A stretch of 64,000 bases of DNA. Origin: Phallusia mammillata (lineage: Eukaryota). Positions within the stretch are counted from its first letter, which is position 1; each line of letters opens with the position of its first letter. Made by a program: the position numbers and the translations under genes. This document shows, piece after piece, positions 1 through 64,000 of the stretch. The notes beneath the pieces were generated by a model. That model had not been told where the DNA came from. It did not search any database and saw only the letters and a program-made list of their open reading frames with translations. Where the stretch lies: positions 10,354,001 through 10,418,000 of the forward strand of contig OZ281498.1 in assembly GCA_965637545.1 (NCBI GenBank), in the 5' to 3' direction.

Positions 1-459
1 TGTAAATAATGATCTGAATCTTTAATGGAGTCAATTTTAAAATGTAAGTTCCTCTATTTGGAAGTGAAATTTAAAAACGCCATGTGGGTAAAATTTGAAC
101 AAAGTTTTGTTTTGCACACGGCTGTAAGTTGTATGTTATTCCACTTTCAAAATACCCTTTTGCCATCACAGTCCCTATAAGCGTACGTTTGGTTAAGTGC
201 CATTGGCTAAGTGCACAATCAGAAATTATTGAAATTTCATCGCAATTCGACTGCGATGTATTCGCCAGGAAGTAAATGTAATCCCATGATTCTCTATTGA
301 GATAAGGTTACCAAGTTAATGGTTAAGTATCACGTACTATAAGCTATGTCCTTGCTGTAGGACACAAAGCAATTTTGCTACTCAATGCGTTCAATAACAA
401 ATCCTTGAACAGTACAAAACCTTTCATGTTGCAATATAATATTCAATATAAGGCAATAT

Positions 460-656
460 AAGAGTTGTAAGTCGGGTCTGACTTTTCGAGTTGGGTTCGG
501 GCTCAAGTTTAAAAGAAACGGGCTTGATTCCAGCCTAACTTAAAGTTGACCACATTTGTACCGTACTTTTATTTTGGTTAGTATAATTTGTGGACCTAAT
601 TCGAGCAAATATATACTCGTGTTTAGGCCCCAGTTTCAGACTTGCTTACAACTCTG
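460..656. mobile_element. Degenerate MITE, same family as 52130-52558
   Basis: Termini AGAGTTGTAAGTCGGG and CTTGCTTACAACTCTG, with decayed TTCGGG-type subterminal motifs. Confidence 0.6.
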
Positions 657-1020
657 TATCTAGAAGCAATTAAACACAACATTTCATGTGAATCATTCCC
701 GTTTTTAGTGTTCCTTTTTCATTATGTTCGTGTATTTTGCAACCATCACCAGACGATAAACAGTTTAATCAAGAAATAAATAACAGAAAATGCAAAAGTG
801 TGTTTTGGTTATCTGGAAATAAGCCATCCAGACTCAATATTGTGTAAATTTTAAAAGTGCACGACGCTGTTAGGGATTTGTTATGTTATGAAACCATTGT
901 TTGTTTACTTACATTTAATGCTTCTCAAGCATTTTTGTGGCGACCCAAGTACTAGGCGTCGGTAACAATGCAGTTGGGGCGATTTTTTCCTGTAGTGTTG
1001 ATTTGAATTGAGTTTATGTA

Positions 1021-1140
1021 GCAAGCCGGAAATAGCTGCGCAACGTTGAAACATTATGAAGCGCGGGCTCAATTGATGGATGGCGGCTAAACGCGCTGCA
1101 GCTATACACCGTTATGGGACTGGTGCTCACAAGAAAGTAA
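1021..1140 (+). repeat. Dispersed repeat fragment (SINE-like); other copies at about 30640-30770 (-) and 26434-26469 (-)
   Basis: CAAGCCGGAAATAGCTGCGCAACGTT...AAACGCGCTGCAG recurs in inverted orientation at the listed positions. Confidence 0.7.
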
Positions 1141-2520
1141 GGCATTGTGGGTTCACACGACTGGGGGAAAGTGGGTAAGGCCAGTCAAGGAGGGCCTAAA
1201 CCTAACCACCCGTGTCTGTGAAAGAGGGTGGGGTTCGACAGGCAAATAAACCAGCGAAAGAAACCATGTGGAATAGTTTCAAGCGCCTGTTATAATGAGT
1301 CATTGCTAAGGTTTAGCAGCTTCTTGCTGCAAAAGGTCACAAACGTCAAACAAATAAAAATTAATATTCAAATAAATTGTAGTACTTGGGTGTCGAAGGG
1401 TTTCGTGGACTGTTGTAATCATTGCGATCCACGGAGTAGAAGAACTGCTTTACTTACCGTATTTACTCAGTTATAAGCCGCATGATAAGGTGGTAAAAAT
1501 AATACAAGCGGACCTTGATTGAAAGATGCATCATGTAAAGTTAAACACTATTGTTTCGCTAAACTAATACTTTTGTTACGAAGTGAAACTATTTGGAAAG
1601 ATTTGTTACTAACTCAAATAAATGTACCAAGCCGCAGCGGGTTGACATATCACAGATTAAAATTTTTAAGCAGTCCTCACATGTAAGCAGAACAAACTGT
1701 AGGGTAAAAACTTAAAGAATCACCGCATACAATCAGATATATGCGATAACTGATAGGGCATAGATTTCACAGCGGACGCATCAAGTAGTATTTGTTTAGT
1801 TCTAATTCGCGGTTTGTTGATAGTTTGCACTGACTTCCTCAAAAAACTGGAACTTCTTTTTATGAACAAGCGGAACTCACGCGAAGTTTGTTTCTTTACA
1901 AAGCGAAGCTAATAACAATAATTAACATACCATATAAAATGTCCAGTACTTTTCCATATATGTTGGATAATTAATGTCAGTGCATTAATGCAATAATTGT
2001 TTGAACAATCAAAACAAAAATCCAAATCCAACATCAAAATGTTTTTGCTTGCAATCATTCCATTTCCAATCCAGTCAACATTTCAAATAGGCCAAGGATA
2101 AAAATTTGTTTTGTTGGTGCAATGGACATTACTTGTTTTAGAATCACATAAGAATAAACAACTTGGAGACCCGACCCCACGTAGGTGCAATGCATAGAAC
2201 AACCTTCAAGCTGGAAAAAGCAACGCAACGTTGAAAACTAAACCATATCATGAAAGAAATCACCTTGTGGTGTTCTATTTACTTTATTGCTTCTTTTATT
2301 GATGTTTTATCTTGTATGAACTAAAGATGTCAATTAGACGAAATATATATTCCACGATATTCATTGACCGATTTCGTTACCAGAACAATATTTTCCATTC
2401 TTACTTAAGAAAATAATCAAGTACTTACCTATTAAACCGGTTCGGGTACGCTTAAACAAGTTTCAACCGTTTAGTAGGAATTCAACAAACATCAAGAACG
2501 AGATTTCATTCAATTAACCA

Positions 2521-2570
2521 GAAGCGCCCACGTAGTGACGTCATAGCGCCGTGCGCATGATTGGAACATT
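2521..2570. promoter_or_regulatory. Promoter-like motif cluster (CRE TGACGTCA 2536-2543, TGCGCATG 2552-2559, CCAAT 2560-2564)
   Basis: Dense motif cluster about 100 nt upstream of a strong minus-strand donor (TAATAG|GTAAGT at 2428), suggesting a non-coding first exon of a gene running off the left edge. Motif-only evidence. Confidence 0.35.
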
Positions 2571-3357
2571 CTAAAGCGCCGATTGTGGAATTCCTGATTG
2601 CGACGAAACGCTTTACAACAATTGTAATCTTATTGTGTAGAGTTTAGCGTGCATTTGTAGATTATTTGACACATAGAAGACATCGGCAGGGCATGTTATG
2701 CAACAATACTGCATTTTATTGGCATTTTAAGTAATTGTAGTGTATATGTTATGGCATTTGTTACTAACACTTAGCTAACTGGTAAACATAAAAACACAAA
2801 CATAATAACTTACTTTCAAATAACGTAGTTTCCTGTCACAACCTTTGAATGAAACGTTCGAATGTTTAAAGTAATTTGAAATGCGAAGTTTTGGTTTTTC
2901 ATCCATTTCAAAGAGCTTCAAGGCGACAATCACGGCGACAGTGATTGTTGTTAACAACGCAAAATCGTAACAAGTCATAATTTCTTACTTTTGAATCCAA
3001 ATCACATTTAATGGTTCAACATTGGTCTTCCTGTCCATCTGTGTGTAATCTTAATGCTAAGCTTTTTATCACAAAGAAACCTGACAAAATCTTCCCTTTG
3101 GAAACGCACACAAATGCCAAACTGGATCGCTGGAACATTTGCTTTTAAATTGATAGTGACGTCGCCTTTCTGCTTGGTGATTGTTTTAGTGCTATTGTGT
3201 CGCTGTGTTTTCTTTTTCACCAAGCGAACTAAAATCAACCGAAGGTTTGGAACCACTCAAACTAATCGGCAGGCTGGGAAACACATTGTTTACGAGGTCT
3301 GCTTCAAACTCACCGTGATTAAATCATAGTACGTCAAGCCTATTGTGAGCACTTTTT

Positions 3358-5392
3358 TTACCCATTTTCTGAAGACACAATCATACGTGGAAATACCATT
3401 CTCGACCAGCTCAAAAATGAGAAACGAAACCGTTGGAAAGAAATGATTGAAAGTACCGACTTGCGTCACAACAGCAAGAAGGCCTGGAAAACCCTCAACA
3501 AGCTCAACTCGGAAAACCAACCTCAAACAAGAATGGCAGCAGTAACCCCTAATGACATTGCTCACCAACTCGTACTTAACGGAAAGCCAAAAACTAAAAT
3601 CCATCAACAAAAATCTACAATACCCAAGCAGTACGCTCCTGGCGAAAACTCGGAGGATGACCATCCTTTCACGATGCAAGAACTTAATGCAGCTTTAAAA
3701 AAGTTAAAATATGGGAAAGCTGCTGGTCTGGATGGTATCACTGCAGAACAAATAACCCACTTTGGAGATAAAGCTAAAACATGGCTCCTTAAATTTCTCA
3801 ATAACTGTTTTTTAACCTCTTTGCCCAAAATTTGGAGAAAAGCTAAAGTTGTGGCCTTATTGAAACCCAAGAAGGACCCTCAATCGCCTAAAAGCTACAG
3901 GCCCATTTCGCTACTATGCATCCCAATGAAACTGTATGAAAGACTCATATTGGAAAGAATCTCAAACGACGTAGACGACCAGTTGACGCCGGATCAAGCA
4001 GGATTCCGACCAGGGCGATCATGCTGCAGCCAAGTGTTGAACCTAACACAGTACATCGAACATGGATTCGAAAACAAGATGAAAACTGGCACTGTGTTTG
4101 TTGACCTTTCTGCAGCCTATGACACCATCAATCATTGAGCTCTTCTTTCCAAAGTTTCTCACGCAATTAAGAACCCCGCCATCACCAAAGCCATCCAATC
4201 TCTTCTCAGCAATCGTCGTTTCTATGTCGAAATGGATGGCAGAAAAAGCCGATGGAGGAATCAACGAAATGGCCTGCCACAACGATCAGTTCTTGCACCC
4301 ATCCTTTTCAACATATACACAAATGACCAGCCTGAATTCCCCACCATGCGTCGATTCATATACGCTGACGACCTATGCTTGGCTACACAAGCAAAACAAT
4401 TTCAAGTCTTGGAAGATAGGCTAACCAGTGCGCTACACGAATACTCTGCCTATTATCAAAAATGGTATCTAAATGCCAATCCATCCAAAACGCAAGTATC
4501 TTGCTTCCATCTCGATAATCATAAAGCCAACCACAAACTCCACATCCGATGGGGCAGCACCAATCTACAATACACTCCCCACCCAGTCTATCTCGGAGTC
4601 ACTTTGGACAGGACACTTTCTTACAAAGTGCACCTGGAGAAATTGAAAAAGAAGATAGCTGCCCGTAATAACCTACTGCGGAAGCTCGCTAACTCGACAT
4701 GGGGAGCGGACCAACACACCTTGAAACAAGCAGCTGTAGCTATATGTTATTCAACTGCTGAATACTGTGCACCAGTGTGGGCTCGATCTTGCCACACAAG
4801 GACCATCGACACAGAGCTCAACCGAACATGCAGGGTTATTACCGGTACCCTCCACGCAACACCACTCAGCACCCTCTATTGCATGGCTACAATCGCCCCT
4901 CCACACATTCGTAGAGACATTGCCATAAGGAAAGAACGCCGCAAACAGTCCTTGGATACCAGACATCCTTTGCACAAGCACGAGACTGTTCAATCGAGAC
5001 TGAAATCCCGAAAGAGCTTTATTATAATCCCCACTCTGGAACACAACAATGCAGCAGCCGCTAGATTAGAAAAATGGACAAGCGAAGTTGACCTAGCTCA
5101 ATACCCCGCCATTCCAGACCCTTCGGAATCACTCCAAAAGCAACCTACCTTGACAAGAATGGACTGGTGCTCCCTAAATAGGGCTCGCTGCCGTGTTGGA
5201 CGCACCAAAGCAAACCTCCACAAATGGGGCTTCGTACAAGATGCATATTGTGAATGTGGCCTAGAAACTCAAACGATGGACCATATATTATCCCGCTGCC
5301 CTCTTGGCCCAGCATGCGCTGACCAATCTTTAAGGGACATCACGGAAGAGGCCCTCACCTGGCTCCAGCACTGGCGTGACAAGCTATCATGA
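3358..5392 (+). mobile_element. 5'-truncated non-LTR retrotransposon (LINE) with RT and C-terminal Cys/His finger; possibly Ingi/Vingi-like
   Basis: ORFs 3443-4138 and 4232-5392 are the same frame, split by one TGA at 4136-4138. RT motifs are KAAGLDG, YRPISLL, QAGFRPGRS, DLSAAYD, GLPQ(R)SVL, YADD and YLGVTLD; the C-terminus has CECG..QTMDHILSRC. There is no endonuclease domain. It is flanked by a 12-bp TSD, TGAGCACTTTTT (3346-3357 and 5393-5404). Clade assignment is tentative. Confidence 0.95.
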
Positions 5393-6303
5393 TGAGCACT
5401 TTTTGTAGAAAAAACTTCTAATTTTGGCTGTCAGTTTATTTAGCCTGACTAGTCTAGTTTGTACTGTGGGTTATCAACAGACATCCAAATTTCACATTTT
5501 TTATTTTCAAGATTCGCGACAACTGGCAGAATCACGCGAGGCGCCGTGCGTTCTGTTTTTCGGGAATATAATAAAGATCGTAAAACTCGTATTTATGTGG
5601 GTTGAATAGCAAAAACAGAATCGATGCGCAGAAAGGACAAAAAGAAAAAACAAAACAATAAACAGTTAATATTAAAAAAGAGCAAAAAATAACGTAGATC
5701 GGAACAAAACAGAAAACAAGAGAGATTTCAGTGGCTCTACGTTCACGGAAAAGTCCAATTAGAAGAGCTTATTTTGACGACACGAATTATTGCAATATTA
5801 CAGCTTGGGAAAACCAGATTTTATCGCTTTCAGACAAAGGGAACTTGCTTCGTCTTGTAAAGAGAACAATTTTTATCTTAACATGAACGCAAGCGTCATT
5901 CTGCATGGCCGCGGAATGAAAGAAGTATATAATATAGGCTTAATTATACGACGCAAAGAGATTTAAAGCACGACAACAAATTTTTGCACAAGGTCAGCAC
6001 GAATACGGTAACCACGATTTATGCTTTGGTCACGAGTTAACACGTCACGGCAGTCTTACGTCATCATTTACGTCATCAAGAAGAGCACAATTGTCTAATG
6101 TATACTGCACGTCCAATTCTTCAGTTGCTGTGGCGTCGAGATATTTAATATTTTTCCATTTTTCTTTGTACATGATTCAACACCGACGCCGCATCATCGC
6201 CGCCTGCGTCACAATGACCGCGCCGTTACGTCACAAACGCACGCTTTTTGTGGCGCGTTATTTTATTTAGGAGCACGCCGGAGATTGGCCCCTTAGCCGT
6301 GCT

Positions 6304-62650
<56,347 letters not shown>

Positions 62651-64000
62651 CTGAACACGATACACGATTTAAAAATTGCTCCCCCCCCAAAAAAAAACAT
62701 TGCCTGCTACCCTAAAATGATTATAGGCATTTCAACAACATTCTACTTGCTGCTGCAAAGAGAAATGTGCTGTGGAGCTTGTTTCGTGACGTTTTGGGTC
62801 ATATCTGTTTATGTTTCAGACAAACAGGATCTTAGTATTAAACGTCTCAAAATGCCTGTACATTAGTGCTTAAAGTAAAATTGAGGTGTTACAATCCATC
62901 AAAAAATGGTCAACCCATAAACTATGGTCGAAACCTGTTTTCTAAATCTACTAAAGAATACGATTTAGGATTAGTCACTTTCGATGGTCGTAACCAAGCG
63001 CCTAATATAGATAAATTTATAGGTATAACAAGTACGCAAACAAAGCGCGTAAAAAGGTTTATTTGAAATCTATTGTTAAGTTATTAGGCAAGATTGACCT
63101 AGATGTTTTTAAGATTAATGCAGTTTCTCAGTTTTCGTTTTGTGTGACTGGTCCAGGCTGCTGACACGGCCGCAGTTGTTACACGAGTGTAACGTCATTG
63201 CATCCTGTCGAATTACTGTGCTATGTTTGACCGAAAACCTGTGACGTAATGCGTTCGCGTGGTCGCATAGCGACAGCAAAGATATAAGCTACAATGCTTT
63301 GTTATGTTAAACCAGTACCACCTGTGTAGTGGTTATGGTCAGGATTATTCCAAGTAATAGGTTTTCGTGCACTGACAAGTCAATGATATTGATGTGGTTA
63401 TTTACAATATAGGAACATAATCACAGTTAACTTAATCGGAACATATCGGATAGAAAAACTAAACCAAAAATGGTGAAACACATATGGCGATGAAAAAGAT
63501 TCGTTAAAATTAAACAAAGACATTTACATAAGACTTTAATAGGAAATGCAAAAGTGTGTGGTAAAAACAACTAGAATAATAATCTCCAACTTGCAGCTCT
63601 AACAACAAACGATTTCATGAGCCGGTGAAATACACATTGGGCGATCATAGTGGCTTGATTTTGCTTGGTATAGCAACGGCGTTCACAGTGCAGGCAACAA
63701 TTCACATCTAATTTAGTAAATCAAAAAATCTAACTCTGAAAAATGTGAGCAATAGACACAAACGTTTATTTTAAAATTGCAGAACAGCCCTAGCCAGGTA
63801 GGTTTATGTTAAAGCTGAGACGATGTTTTCTTATCGCTGTGTAATGCCTGTTTACATGCATTTAACTAGACATCCGGCAGTTTAGGGTTTACCAAGGCTG
63901 GGTCATAATTAATGATATTATAGTATAGTTCGAAAACTACACAAGCATGGGTAAAGGCTTCAACTATTTCGCTTAGGCAAGAGGAACTCAGTTAAGAGAA

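Noticed and set aside
1455-1482. TA-CCGTATTTACTCAGTTATAAGCCGC resembling a pogo/Tc1-type terminal repeat
   Set aside because: No matching opposite terminus was found, so no element could be delimited.
3290-5044. ORFs 3290-3679, 3604-3870, 4043-4282, 4751-5044 (-) and 4098-4424 (+)
   Set aside because: These are shadows of the LINE reverse-transcriptase frame.

Overview
AT-rich animal genomic DNA with compact GT-AG introns, most consistent with an invertebrate chordate such as a tunicate (inference; no database search was possible, and comparisons to human proteins are from memory). Almost the whole window is one minus-strand focal adhesion kinase gene (FAK/PTK2 family). I assembled 20 phase-consistent coding exons, from FERM lobe F3 (62650) through the DDYAEI autophosphorylation motif, the complete kinase domain and the Pro-rich region to the FAT domain (stop at 6304). 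The earliest FERM exons lie beyond the right edge. The most interesting structure is three unexplained same-strand ORFs inside FAK introns (48093-50454, 20250-21995, 10968-11246). Each joins the next FAK exon in frame: the first reads directly through the Y397-exon acceptor, and the other two end on GT donors of the right phase. All three carry a Y-A-x-V-[RK]-K motif. Together they suggest a nested set of FAK isoforms with swapped N-termini: a FERM-less kinase, a long FRNK-like adaptor (or giant cassette exon) and a short FAT-only form. Two multi-exon genes sit antisense in FAK introns: an LRR-Ig-Ig-TM receptor and a divergent profilin-like gene with a 1-nt frameshift in exon 1. Also present are a 488-nt AG-free zone marking a probable distant branch point, a young 5'-truncated LINE with its target-site duplication, many hAT-type MITEs with 8-bp TSDs (one nested in another), a tRNA-derived SINE head, tandem repeats and a 140-N assembly gap.
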